DNA from: an uncultured Verrucomicrobiae bacterium
GTDB lineage: Bacteria; Verrucomicrobiota; Verrucomicrobiia; Chthoniobacterales; UBA10450
DNA: 64,000 bases
Assembly: GCA_963801815.1 (NCBI GenBank)
Contig: CAWDGJ010000006.1
Span: 52,283 to 116,282, forward strand
Direction: 5' to 3'
Shown: positions 54,622-64,000 of the stretch, in pieces
Numbering within the stretch: the stretch's first letter is position 1
How the letters are laid out: every line of letters begins with the position of its first letter
Translations under genes and position numbers: made by a program
Notes under the pieces: generated by a model
Seen by the model: the letters and a program-made list of their open reading frames with translations, nothing else
Databases searched by the model: none
What the model was told of the DNA's origin: nothing

Positions 54622-54687
54622 TTGTAGGGGCGTTTGTGTCAAACGCCCAATTAAATAAACAGGCGCTTGGCACAAGCGCCTCTACAA
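54622..54687. repeat. REPIN-like doublet: two inverted GTAG + 9-bp-stem hairpin units
   Basis: ttGTAG-gggcgtttg-tgt-caaacgccc ...12 nt... aggcgcttg-gca-caagcgcct-CTACaa. Confidence 0.8.
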
Positions 54688-54689
54688 CT

Positions 54690-55689
54690 TCAAAAAATCA
54701 GGCGCGTTTTCCCGCTGCCACGTTCGATTCGGCCGATCCTTTTCGCGCGCAAAATCGAAATTGCCCATTTCGCGTCGCGTTCGGCGACGATTACGACCAT
54801 GCCGATGCCCATGTTGAACACCTGAAACATTTCGGCGCGATCGATCTTTCCGTTCTGCTGCAGTACCTGGAAGATGCGCGGGAACACGCCACGATTTCGT
54901 TTCGATTCTGGCGTCGCAATTTTTCGGCAGGACACGCGGCAAGTTGTCGATCAAACCGCCGCCAGTGATGTGGGCAAGACCCTTGATCATTCCGCCGGGT
55001 GCTTTCGCGAGCAGCGGCTGATAATTTTTGTGCACGCGCAACAGTTCTTTCCCGATCTTACGCGGACTCAATCGCATCTTTTCGAACAGAATTTTTCGCG
55101 CGAGCGAATAGCCGTTGGTGTGCAGGCCATTCGAGGGAAGGCCGAGAATTACGTCGCCGGGTTTGATTCTGCGGCCGTCGATCATCTTCGAACGATCGAC
55201 CACGCCGACGATGCAACCGGCGAGATCGTATTCGCCTTTGCGATACATTCCTGGCATTTGCGCGGTTTCGCCGCCGATCAACGCGCATTTCGCCGCGCGG
55301 CAGGCGCTTGAGAATCCGCGAAGCAGTTGGTCGAACACGCGCGGCTCGAGTTTTTCGCAACCGATGTAATCGAGAAAAAACAGCGGCCGCGCGCCGAGAA
55401 CGGCGATGTCGTTGACGCAATGATTCACCAGATCTGCGCCGACGGTGTCGTGTTTGTTCAGCGCGAACGCGATTTTCAATTTCGTGCCGACGCCGTCGAT
55501 GCTTGCGACCAGGACCGGATCACGCATTCCGGGGAAATTTGCGCGAAACAAACCGCCGAACCCGCCGATCTTGCCGAGCACTTGCGGCCCGTGCGTTCGT
55601 TTGACGAGCGACTGGATGCGGCGCTTGAGCCGATTGCCGAGATCGACATCGACGCCGGCGCGGGCGTAAGCTTTTTTCCGTTTTGTCAT
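54690..55689 (-). pseudogene. purM: phosphoribosylformylglycinamidine cyclo-ligase PurM, frame-disrupted near 54880
   Basis: MTKRKKAYARAGVDVD, GGFGGLF, DGVGTK and GGETA. The C-terminus IFQVLQQNGKIDRAEMFQVFNMGIGM is in the next frame. The length of 1000 nt fits one extra base. Confidence 0.9.
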
Positions 55690-55692
55690 TTG

Positions 55693-55728
55693 CTGTAGGG
55701 CGAAGCTGTCAGCTTCCCGATCGGGAAG
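55693..55728 (+). repeat. GTAG + overlapping palindromes in the purF-purM spacer
   Basis: ctGTAGggc-gaagct-gtc-agcttc and cttcccgatcgggaag. Confidence 0.5.
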
Positions 55729-55765
55729 GTCAGATCGCCTTCTCTCCTTGACATTCGTTTTCATT

Positions 55766-57261
55766 TCAGATCCGCGAACAACGATCGGATGGCGCTCCTG
55801 CTCGACGAGCGCTTTGGCGCGGTGCTTCGCGTTTTTCCATGATGAACTTGTCGAGCGCGGGATCGACCGGGAGCGGATAATCGCCGGTGAAACAGGCGAG
55901 ACAGAATTCGATTCATCGGCCGGCCGGTCGCGCGCACCATTCCTTCCACGCTGAGATAGCCGAGGCTGTCGACGCCCAGATATTTCCGGATTTCTTCCAT
56001 CGACATCTGGTTCGCGATCAACTTTTGCGGATCGGGAAAATCGATGCCGTAATGACAGGCGAACCGGTGCGGCGGACAACTCACGCGCATGTGCACTTCT
56101 TTCGCGCCGGCTTCGCGCAGATTCACTACTCGCGCGCGCGCGGTCGTGCCGCGCACGATCGAATCATCGACGACGACGACGCGCTTTCCTGCGACCATCT
56201 CCTTGATCAAATTCAGTTTCACTCGCACGTCGAAATCGCGGATGAGCTGGCTTGGCTGCAAAAACGTTCGACCGATGTAGTGATTGCGGACAAAGGCATG
56301 CTCGAACGGAATCTTGAGTTCCTCGGCGAAGCCGAGCGCGGCGTAGTTGCCCGAGTCCGGCACCGGCACGACGATGTCGGCTTCGACGGGAAATTGGCGC
56401 GCCAGCTCGCGACCCATTTCGGTCCGGACTTTGCCGACGGTTACGCCGCCGATTTTGCTGTCCGGCCGCGCGAAATAAACATATTCGAACATGCAAAACG
56501 CCGGCTGCTGCGGTTGGAACGGAAACTCCGAGCGAATCCCGTGTTCATCGATGATCAGAACTTCGCCCGGCTGCACGTCGCGGACGAATTCGGCGTGAAT
56601 GAGGTCGAAGCGCGCAGGTTTCCGAAGCGAGAATGTAAGCGCCGTCGAGTTTGCCGAGCGAGAGCGGGCGCCAGCCGAACGGATCGCGCACCGCGATCAG
56701 CTCGCGCTCGGTCATGATCAAGAGCGAAAAGGCGCCCTGGATTCGCCGCAACGGCGCCAGCGCGCTGCTGCCGTTGTCCATGCGGTTGCGCGAGCAGATG
56801 CAAAATGATTTCGCGTGTCGGCGGTGGTTTGAAAAATCGAACCTTTGCGCTCGAGTTCGTCGCGCAGGACATCGGCATTGATCAGGTTGCCGTTATGCGC
56901 GATTGCCATTTGGCCGCGCACGCAATCGACCACCAACGGTTGCGCGTTCTTGATCGTGCTGGTGCCGGTGGTCGAATAGCGGGTGTGTCCGATCGCCCGC
57001 CTGCCCTTCAGTTGCTCCAGCTCGGCTTGACCGAACACCTGCGAGACCAGTCCCATCCCTTTGTGAATCAGAAACGATGTGCCCGGCCCGTTGCTGGTGA
57101 CGATGCCCGCGCTTTCCTGACCGCGATGTTGGAGCGCGAACAGTCCGTAGTAGGTCAGCACCGCCGCGTTTGGATGGCCGAAACACGCCGAACAGACCGC
57201 ACTCGTGCTGCGGGTAAATCTCTCTCTCTTGGAGATAGGCGTCTTGTTCTGGAGAAATCAC
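55766..57261 (-). pseudogene. purF: amidophosphoribosyltransferase PurF, five frame disruptions as sequenced
   Basis: Fragments in six successive frames: CGLFGVF / HPNAAVLTYYGLFALQHRGQESAG... / EIILHLLAQ / [15 protein letters not shown]...ASETCAL / [15 protein letters not shown]...DDSIVRGTT... / EFCLACFTGDYP. Shifts lie near 57181, 56813, 56782, 56607 and 55910. A possible GTG start at 57261 would give a propeptide before Cys. Confidence 0.9.
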
Positions 57262-57380
57262 ACGAAAACTTCCATGAAATGACGGCCGAATCAACCGGCC
57301 GTCGTCCCGGGCCCTTCGATTTTGCTCAGGACAGGCTCCGCTCAGCGGGGTCGATGGGTCTTGCTTTGCGGACATTCGGA

Positions 57381-58193
57381 TTACGCTTTCATCGCCTGCC
57401 ACACAATTGCCCGCATGGTGCTTTCTAGCGGCTCCGCGCCGAAGCGCCCAGAAAGCTTTTTTGCCACTGCATCGATCAGCCGGTTGGGATCGACCCCGCG
57501 CTCGGCGGCTTCGGTGCCCACGGGATTTCCGCGCACGAGTCCGTTCGCGAATTCTTTGGCCGAATTCACCCGACAGGATTTCGTTTCCTCGAACGACTCG
57601 ACCTTGTCGAAGCCGGCATTTTGCAAAAGTTCGCGGATCACTTTGGAATCGTGAAGGCTGAACGGGATTTCGTAAAACCTTGGCGGATCGTGATCGAAGA
57701 ACGACGCGATTGTGGTGTGGGTAATTTGTGCAAACGGATTCGCGTCGAACGAGTCCCAAACATTGAATAAAAACGTGCCGCCGGATTTTAAAACGCGATG
57801 GGCTTCGCGCATCGCGGCCGCTTTATCTGGAACGAACATGTAACCGAACTGGCAGACGACCGCGCCGAATGAATCATCCGGAAACGGCAGGGCCGATGCG
57901 TCGGCTTGCTGCCAGCGAACATTTTCGCCGGTCCGGAATTTCCGCCGGGCAAATTCGAACATGTCGGGATTCAAATCGGTCGCGACAATCTCCACTTCCG
58001 CGGGCAACGCGTCGCGAAATCGGCGCGTTACAATTCCAGTGCCGCAGGCAATTTCGAGAACGCGGTAGGGTTTCCTGGTATTCAGCCGTGAAGCCAGATC
58101 CTCGGCGTAGGGTTCGAAGATAACCGGTCCGAGGTAGCGATCGTAATTTTCCGGGATGTCTCCCGCGAACACGACATTGCGATCCCGCTCCAT
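57381..58193 (-). CDS. class I SAM-dependent methyltransferase
   Basis: VLEIACGTGIVT motif I. 270 aa. Its start abuts the purL stop. Confidence 0.8.
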   Translation of the reverse strand: MERDRNVVFAGDIPENYDRYLGPVIFEPYAEDLASRLNTRKPYRVLEIACGTGIVTRRFRDALPAEVEIVATDLNPDMFEFARRKFRTGENVRWQQADASALPFPDDSFGAVVCQFGYMFVPDKAAAMREAHRVLKSGGTFLFNVWDSFDANPFAQITHTTIASFFDHDPPRFYEIPFSLHDSKVIRELLQNAGFDKVESFEETKSCRVNSAKEFANGLVRGNPVGTEAAERGVDPNRLIDAVAKKLSGRFGAEPLESTMRAIVWQAMKA

Positions 58194-60554
58194 TTACAAA
58201 CTCGGAATACCTTCCGCGCAGGAGTCGCTTTCGACGAGGCGGCGGATCGAGTTCCACCAATCGTCGTAAAGATCGGCAATCGGCCATGCAAATTTTTGTT
58301 CCCCGACTTCGATGCGCAGTTGGTCGCCGCCGACTTCACCGAGTCGCTGAAACGGAACGCCCGCGTTTTCCAACATCGAGATCGCCTTTTCGAAATTGTC
58401 CGGTGCCACCGAAATCACGATTCGTGACTGCGATTCGTTGAAGAATGTTGTAGCCACGTCGCTATGCGACGTTTGTTCAGGACGGCCCACAGGGCCGTGG
58501 CTACACTCGATGTCAGCCCCGAGCGGGCCGGCGGGATTGAAACACGATTCCGCGATCGCCACCGCGAGTCCTCCTTCGCTGCAATCGTGTGCGCTCTTTG
58601 TGAAACCAGCGCGAATCAGGTCGCGCACCGCGGTTTGGACCTTAATTTCGTGATCAAGATCGACGCGCGGCGACGGGCCGAGTTTCTTGCCGTGGCAAAC
58701 TTTTAGAAACCGCGAGCCCCCGAGTTCGTCGCCGATTTTGCCGACAAGAATGATTTCGTCGCCGGCATTTTTGAACCATTGCGTCGTGATGTGCGCTTCT
58801 TTCTGGATCAGTCCAACCATGCCGATGGTCGGGGTAGGGTCGACCACGCCGGCGGGGCTCTCATTATATAGAGAGACGTTTCCCCCGGTCACCGGTGTCT
58901 CGAACGCCCGACAGGCCTCGGCCGCGCCTTCGACCGCTTCGCGCAGCTGCCAGAAGTTTTCCGGCTTGTAGGGATTGCCGAAGTTCAGGTTGTCGGTCAC
59001 AGCGAGTGGTATTGCGCCGGAACAGATGAGATTTCGCGCCGCTTCCGCGACTGCGATCTTCGCGCCTTCGCGCGGATCCAGCGCGCAGTAGAGCGAATTG
59101 CAATCGCTCGTCGCCGCCAAAATCTTGTTGGCGTATTTCACGTGAAACACAGCGGCGTCGGAGCCCGGCTTCACCACAGTGCCGGTGCGAACGGTGTGAT
59201 CGTACTGCCGATAAACCCAGTTCTTCGACGCGATGTTCGGATCACGGAGAAGTTGTCGCATCGCTTCCTGATTGTCGATCTTCGGCAACGTTACCGGATC
59301 GACAATGTCTCGACGTGAAGGTGGTTCGACTTCGCGCGAATAGAGTGGCGCTTCGTCCGCCAGCGGTTTCGCCGGAATTTCCGCGGCCACGCTCCCATTG
59401 TTGCGCACGCGCATCATGCCGTCATCGGTCACGCGACCGATCTCCGCCCATGGCACGTCCCATTTGTCGAAAATTTCGCGAACGATTTTTTCTTTTCCGC
59501 GCTTGGCGATGATCAACATCCGCTCCTGCGATTCGCTGAGCAGAATCTCGTACGGCGTCATGCCCGGTTCGCGTTTCGGAACTTTCGCGAGATCGATTTC
59601 GATTCCGCTGCCGCCACGGCTCGCCGTTTCACAGGTTGAGCAGGTCAGACCGGCCGCGCCCATGTCTTGAATTCCGGCAACTGCGTCGCTGGCCAGGAGT
59701 TCGAGGCACGCTTCGAGCAAAAGCTTTTCCTTGAACGGATCGCCTACTTGGACCGCGGGCCGATCTTCCTTCGATTCCTCGGTCAGCTCTCGCGACGCGA
59801 ATGCCGCGCCGGCGAGACCGTCGCGACCGGTTTCCGCGCCGACGTAGAAAACGGGATTGCCCACTCCGCGGGCAGCGCCGCGTGCGAGTTGATCGTGTCG
59901 CAGCACCCCGAGACAGAAAACATTCACCAGAGGATTGCCCTCAAAACTTTCATCGAAATAGATTTCGCCACCGATCGTCGGAATGCCGATGCAGTTTCCG
60001 TAATGGGCGATGCCCGAAACGACGCCCGCGAAAAGGCGCCTGTTGGCGGCGATTTGTTTTTGTCGATCTTCTGTGGCGGCAGGCGTCTCGCCTGCGCAGC
60101 CGGGACGGCTGCCTCCACAGTCTTCTGCTATCAGTCCAAACCGTAGCGAGTTGAGACAAAACTCGGGGCGCGCGCCCATTGTGAAAATGTCGCGAATGAT
60201 TCCGCCGACTCCGGTCGCCGCCCCTTGGAAGGGTTCGATCGCGCTCGGGTGATTGTGGCTTTCCATCTTGAACGCGATCGCCCAGCCATCACCAATATCG
60301 ACCACGCCGGCGTTTTCCTCGCCGGCTTTCACCAGAATGTTCGGCCCGGTAGTTGGAAATTTTTTCAGCTCCAGCCGTGAATTTTTGTAGGAGCAATGCT
60401 CACTCCACATCACCGAGAAAATTCCCAACTCAGTGAAATTCGGCTCCCGGCCCAGGATTTTCTTGATCCGCTCGAATTCTTCCGGCGTCAGGCCGTGTTT
60501 CGCCACCAGCTCCGGGGTTATTTTAGGATCGGTGGTCGGTGTGGCCTTGGTCAT
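58194..60554 (-). CDS. purL: phosphoribosylformylglycinamidine synthase subunit PurL
   Basis: 786 aa. SEHCSYK, ESHNHPS and GGNVSLYNE motifs. Intact frame. Confidence 0.9.
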   Translation of the reverse strand: MTKATPTTDPKITPELVAKHGLTPEEFERIKKILGREPNFTELGIFSVMWSEHCSYKNSRLELKKFPTTGPNILVKAGEENAGVVDIGDGWAIAFKMESHNHPSAIEPFQGAATGVGGIIRDIFTMGARPEFCLNSLRFGLIAEDCGGSRPGCAGETPAATEDRQKQIAANRRLFAGVVSGIAHYGNCIGIPTIGGEIYFDESFEGNPLVNVFCLGVLRHDQLARGAARGVGNPVFYVGAETGRDGLAGAAFASRELTEESKEDRPAVQVGDPFKEKLLLEACLELLASDAVAGIQDMGAAGLTCSTCETASRGGSGIEIDLAKVPKREPGMTPYEILLSESQERMLIIAKRGKEKIVREIFDKWDVPWAEIGRVTDDGMMRVRNNGSVAAEIPAKPLADEAPLYSREVEPPSRRDIVDPVTLPKIDNQEAMRQLLRDPNIASKNWVYRQYDHTVRTGTVVKPGSDAAVFHVKYANKILAATSDCNSLYCALDPREGAKIAVAEAARNLICSGAIPLAVTDNLNFGNPYKPENFWQLREAVEGAAEACRAFETPVTGGNVSLYNESPAGVVDPTPTIGMVGLIQKEAHITTQWFKNAGDEIILVGKIGDELGGSRFLKVCHGKKLGPSPRVDLDHEIKVQTAVRDLIRAGFTKSAHDCSEGGLAVAIAESCFNPAGPLGADIECSHGPVGRPEQTSHSDVATTFFNESQSRIVISVAPDNFEKAISMLENAGVPFQRLGEVGGDQLRIEVGEQKFAWPIADLYDDWWNSIRRLVESDSCAEGIPSL
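60071..60120. repeat. palindromic two-hairpin element inside the purL CDS, flanked by TCTTCTG
   Basis: ctgtggcg-gcaggcg-tct-cgcctgc-gcagccg-gga-cggctgc-ctccacag. TCTTCTG occurs at 60067-60073 and 60121-60127. Confidence 0.7.
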
Positions 60555-60600
60555 CGACCCCGCACGTTAACTGAACGGGCGTGCCGCACAACTGGTTCAC

Positions 60601-60673
60601 TCTTCCTTTTCCGCTTCGTCTTCGTCTGCTTTCGAGAACGAGACGAAGATTAAGACGACAGAGGTAGAGGAAG
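60601..60673. repeat. imperfect hairpin of CGTCTTCG / CGAAGACG words in the divergent spacer
   Basis: cttcctttt ccgcttcgtcttcgtctg ...gagacgaagattaagacg...aggaag. Confidence 0.5.
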
Positions 60674-60733
60674 ATTTAATCGAATACCGTGCCGCGGATC
60701 GAAGTCTAATTATATAAAGAGAAGGGAGTGAAT

Positions 60734-60922
60734 ATGAAACGCTATCTTGCAATTTTAGTCACGAGTGCCGTCGTGACATTGTTCTGCGTTCCGAATGTCG
60801 CCGCGTTTCCAGGCGAGCGAATGCCTTACCGCGCGGCGCATTTCGCCGGCAGAGTCGTTCAGAAAGTCGACAACCACGTGATTCATCCGGTGACGCACGG
60901 AATCGCGCGTCGTCTACGATAA
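60734..60922 (+). CDS. small secreted hypothetical protein
   Basis: GAAGGGAG lies 6 nt upstream of the ATG. Signal peptide MKRYLAILVTSAVVTLFCVPNVAA. Confidence 0.5.
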   Translation: MKRYLAILVTSAVVTLFCVPNVAAFPGERMPYRAAHFAGRVVQKVDNHVIHPVTHGIARRLR

Positions 60923-61037
60923 ATCCTTAGGACCACTCGCTGTCGATACGGCTGGTTAACTGCCAGTCCGGCATCGGACTCGAATAATTTCCGCGCAACA
61001 TCGGTCGAAGAAACGATAAACAAGACGGAGGGAATAC

Positions 61038-61394
61038 ATGAAAAAAGTAATTATTGGATTGGTTTGCGCCTTGGTGGCGCCGCTAGCGTTCGCTCAGACG
61101 GGCATCACCGACAAGCGGACAACGACAACAACGACGGAGGTACCGGCAACAACGACGACAACCAGTACGACATACACGACTGGCGCTGTTACAACGTATG
61201 AGCCGGGTAAAACGATCGTAGTCAGGGACGAGCACGAAGGACCAGTTTCATTCGCGCTTCATGCGCCCGTGCGAATCGTTGATCACGCCGGACACGCGAT
61301 CAGCCGAGCGCTGACGCCGAAGGATCACGTCCGGGTCTATTACACCGGCACCGGTGAAACCCGGGTGGTTGATCACGTCGAAGTGGAAGATTGA
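61038..61394 (+). CDS. secreted Thr-rich hypothetical protein
   Basis: GGAGGGA RBS and signal peptide MKKVIIGLVCALVAPLAFA. Poly-Thr tract, then a beta-rich C-terminal domain. Confidence 0.65.
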   Translation: MKKVIIGLVCALVAPLAFAQTGITDKRTTTTTTEVPATTTTTSTTYTTGAVTTYEPGKTIVVRDEHEGPVSFALHAPVRIVDHAGHAISRALTPKDHVRVYYTGTGETRVVDHVEVED

Positions 61395-61448
61395 TGTGGG
61401 AGGGATTTAGCGTCCCGATCGCGGCACTGAGGCCGCTCCCACTTTCAA

Positions 61449-61488
61449 AGAGCCGCGGAATCCAGGTATTCCGCGGCTCTTTTGTTTG
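61449..61488 (+). terminator. rho-independent terminator
   Basis: agagccgcggaat-ccaggt-attccgcggctct (13-bp stem) followed by tttgtttg. Confidence 0.85.
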
Positions 61489-61514
61489 ATGAAACGCGTC
61501 CTCCGAATGCGCTC

Positions 61515-61608
61515 GCGTAGGTGGATCGAGCGCTCCGCCGCTCGATGTTAAAAAAATGTCGGCGTAGCCGAGTAACATTAACATCGCCCGCGGAGCGGCC
61601 GATCCACC
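61515..61608. repeat. left nested-palindrome repeat flanking the RAYT gene
   Basis: gcGTAGgtggatcgagcgctccgccgctcgatgttaaaaaaatgtcggcgtagccgagtaacattaacatcgcccgcggag...cgatccacc. About 90% identical to 62097-62175. Confidence 0.85.
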
Positions 61609-62102
61609 TTGCCGCGCGCTGATGATTACTTCACAGTCGTTGCAGTGCTGTATCGCGGGTTCCCCTCTAAGCTTTACCACGAAGTGCCCAGTTGGGTGGA
61701 CGATGGGGCACTGTTCCATATTCGGATCGCGCTTGATCGAAATCTTGAGCAAGAACAGCTAACTGAACCGGCGGTTGGAAAACCAATTCTCGAGTCGGCG
61801 ATATTCTATCACCGAAACGAGCGATGGTTTATTACGCTATTCCTGTTAATGCCAGATCACTTGCACGCGCTCCTGTCATTCAGCAAGGATCGAGACATGA
61901 GCCGATCGGCGATTGGAAACATTTTCAAACGCATGAGAACGGAGTGCAGTGGCAGGAAGGATATTTCGATCATCGGCTGCGCGACGACGAAAGAGGCGAG
62001 CAGTTTTCCATGAAGATGGACTACATTCGTGCTAATCCCGTTGCAGCCGGTTTATGTGCTAATTCCGAAGACTGGCCGTGGGTAATCGAGTCGCTTGCGT
62101 AG
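61609..62102 (+). pseudogene. REP-associated tyrosine transposase (RAYT, IS200/IS605-like Y1 HUH), frame-disrupted near 61905
   Basis: Frame 1 holds ...WFITLFLLMPDHLHALLSF (HUH = HLH). Frame 3 holds IGDWKHF...WQEGYFDHRLRDDE...DYIRANPVAAGL (Tyr motif). Confidence 0.8.
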
Positions 62103-62206
62103 GTGGATCGAGCGCTCCGCCGCTCGATGGTGAAAATGTCGGCGTAGCCGAGTAACATTAACATCGCCCGCGGAGGTGCGAGCCGCACTGGCAGTTCCGA
62201 TCCACC
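62097..62206. repeat. right nested-palindrome repeat flanking the RAYT gene
   Basis: Same sequence as the left copy with a 17-nt longer tail before cgatccacc. Its GTAG supplies the RAYT stop codon. Confidence 0.85.
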
Positions 62207-62237
62207 AGTTGCGCGGCAACTATAAATCGCGGACATT

Positions 62238-63664
62238 TTGCGCCTCATGGGCTTCGATTTGAAAGAGATCATCGCCGCGCGTTTGGGCGAGAATTACCAG
62301 CTGCACGAGAAGCACTTGAATCGCACTCTGGTGCAGGCGCAGCGCGTCATCGGTTTCGACAAGGTCTACGCCCGCGCCGAGGGCGCTTATCTCTACGACA
62401 TGGATAACACGCCGTATCTCGATTTCCTGAGCGGCTATAGCGTCTTCAACATTGGTCGCAATCATCCGCTGGTAAAGAAAGCGATTCGTGACGTTCTCGA
62501 TCTCGATTTGCCGAACATGGTGCAGATGGATTGCTCGCTGCTGAGCGGTTTGCTTGCCGAAGCGATTACCAAACGCACGCCGCCGCATCTCGACGCGGTT
62601 TTCTTTTGTAACTCCGGCACCGAAGCGATGGAAGGCGCGATCAAGTTTGCCCGCGCCGCGACCGGACGGAAACGGATGATCTCATTGGCCAGCGCGTTCC
62701 ACGGTTTGAGCGTCGGATCGCTCTCGTTGATGGGCTGCGAAAGTTTCACCGAAGGCTTCGGACCGTTGATGGAAGGATTCGATGCCCGCGTGCCGCTCGA
62801 CGATGTCGATGAACTGGAACGGCAACTGCGTTCGCGCGATGTCGCGGCGTTTGTGATCGAAACCGTTCAAGGCAAGGGCTGCCAGACGACGCAAGACCGA
62901 TTTCTTTCCGCGCGCTCAGGAGCTTTGCCGGAAATACGGCACGCTGTTGATTTCCGATGAAGTCCAGACCGGACTCGGGCGCACCGGAAAAATGTTCGGG
63001 TTCCAGCATTGGAATCTTGGAACCGGACATCATCACCCTCGCGAAAACATTGAGCGGCGGTTACGTCCCGTGCGGCGCGATCGTTACCCGGCGCGACATT
63101 TACCAGAAGACATTTTCGCGGATGGATCGATGCGTTGTTCATTCGACGACGTTCGGCCGCAACAATCTGGCGATGGCCTGCGGTTTAGCTTCGCTGGAAG
63201 TGATCGACAACGAAAACTTGGTCGAGCGTTCGGCGAAAATGGGCGCGTTGTTGATGGAGAAAGTCGAAGCGCTGAAGTCGAAGCATTCGTTCATCAAAGA
63301 GGTTCGCGGCAAAGGCTTGATGATCGGGATCGAGTTTCATGAGCCGAGCGAGTTCAAACTGAAGATGGCCTGGAAACTTTTGCACAAGATCGACAAGGTG
63401 CTGTTCGCGCAAATGATCGTGACCCAGATGTTGAGCAAGCATCGCATTCTGACGCAGGTCGCGGGTCACGCGATGGACGTGATGAAAATTCTGCCGCCGT
63501 TGATCATCGGTGAGAAAGAAGTCGACATGTTCGTCAACGCGCTCGATGACGTTTTATCAGAATGCCGCAAATTCCCCGGCCCGATGTGGGAGCTCGGCAA
63601 CAACTTCGTCCGCGCCGCTCTCGGCTCTCGCAAATCCGCCGAGCCCAAGCCCGTCTCGGCGTAA
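62238..63664 (+). pseudogene. class-III (omega) aminotransferase, two frame disruptions (about 62895 and 63019)
   Basis: NSGTEAMEGAIKFAR / DFFPRAQELCRKYGTLLISDEVQTGLGRTGKMFGFQHWNL / EPDIITLAKTLSGGYVP... lie in three successive frames. Confidence 0.9.
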
Positions 63665-63752
63665 AATTTATGGAAATCCCCCCGAACCGGATTAGGTCCA
63701 AAATTCACGCCTTTAAAGGCGCAATTTTTGGATCTACTTCTCGTTAGACCTC

Positions 63753-64000
63753 ATGCGCTCACTGTTTGTTAAAGGTCTCATGTCTGCGACGCTGTTTAGG
63801 CTCGGCGTCGGTTCCATTCGCGGCCTGATGAGTGGTTCACCTGACGGCTGGCCCGAACTAATCTTTAGCCTCGCCTGCGTGCTCGCGTTGCCACTCGCGT
63901 TCCTGTTGTTCACAGACAGCCGGGTAGTGGCACGCATCGCTCTGATCGTGCTCGCTGCCGCAGCTGTGCTCCAAGTTGCGACGGTGCTCCTAGCCTTGGC
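63753..64000 (+). CDS. 5' part of a membrane protein ORF running off the window
   Basis: Open frame from ATG 63753 to the window edge with no stop. Hydrophobic: ...LIFSLACVLALPLAFLLF...IALIVLAAAAVLQVATVLLAL. Confidence 0.4.
   Translation, partial: MRSLFVKGLMSATLFRLGVGSIRGLMSGSPDGWPELIFSLACVLALPLAFLLFTDSRVVARIALIVLAAAAVLQVATVLLAL

Noticed and set aside
57262-57380. Purine/ZTP-type riboswitch ahead of purF.
   Set aside because: The region is occupied by a GC hairpin (gacggcc...ggccgtc) and a ttcgattttgctcaggacaggctc-type repeat. The upstream gene is co-directional with a short gap, and I recognised no riboswitch core.

Overview
Dense bacterial chromosomal segment of about 55% GC, coding on both strands. 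The gene content suggests a soil Verrucomicrobiota/PVC-like genome: a DUF1800/DUF1501 pair, Pro/Thr-linker secreted proteins, bactofilin, many exported enzymes, and oligonucleotide word repeats at gene junctions. That taxonomic guess is inference only. I recognise these blocks: (1) a translationally coupled putative sulfation operon at 1.3-7.6 kb; (2) an LPS-core-like cluster at 8.9-14.5 kb with msbA, a GT9 and two GT4 genes; (3) lepA-lepB; (4) a squalene/phytoene-synthase-like gene; (5) a UbiD-family decarboxylase; (6) moaA-moaC-moaB; (7) dnaX-ybaB; (8) DUF1800/DUF1501; (9) two tandem MDR oxidoreductases; (10) a hemerythrin/MFS/racemase/VOC/SGNH run; (11) tRNA-Val; (12) two aldo-keto reductases; (13) purM-purF-methyltransferase-purL; (14) a class-III aminotransferase. 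I found no CRISPR array, rRNA, prophage or recognisable defence island. Three things stand out. First, the window is saturated with palindromic repeats: GTAG+hairpin REP units, one REPIN-like doublet, a RAYT-like transposase flanked by nested palindromes, a MITE-like inverted repeat, and heptamer word arrays. Copies of these repeats sit IN FRAME inside conserved enzymes (moaA, purL, a UbiD-family gene, a GT4 gene), reminiscent of Rickettsia palindromic elements. Second, dnaX carries an A9 run at the tau/gamma boundary with stops close by in both alternative frames. Third, about 19 frame disruptions interrupt otherwise well-conserved genes. About 17 of them behave as single-base insertions, and they concentrate at 50.8-63 kb. 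Sequencing or assembly indels explain this best, so I do not read them as real pseudogenisation. All domain calls come from motif recognition by eye; I ran no searches.
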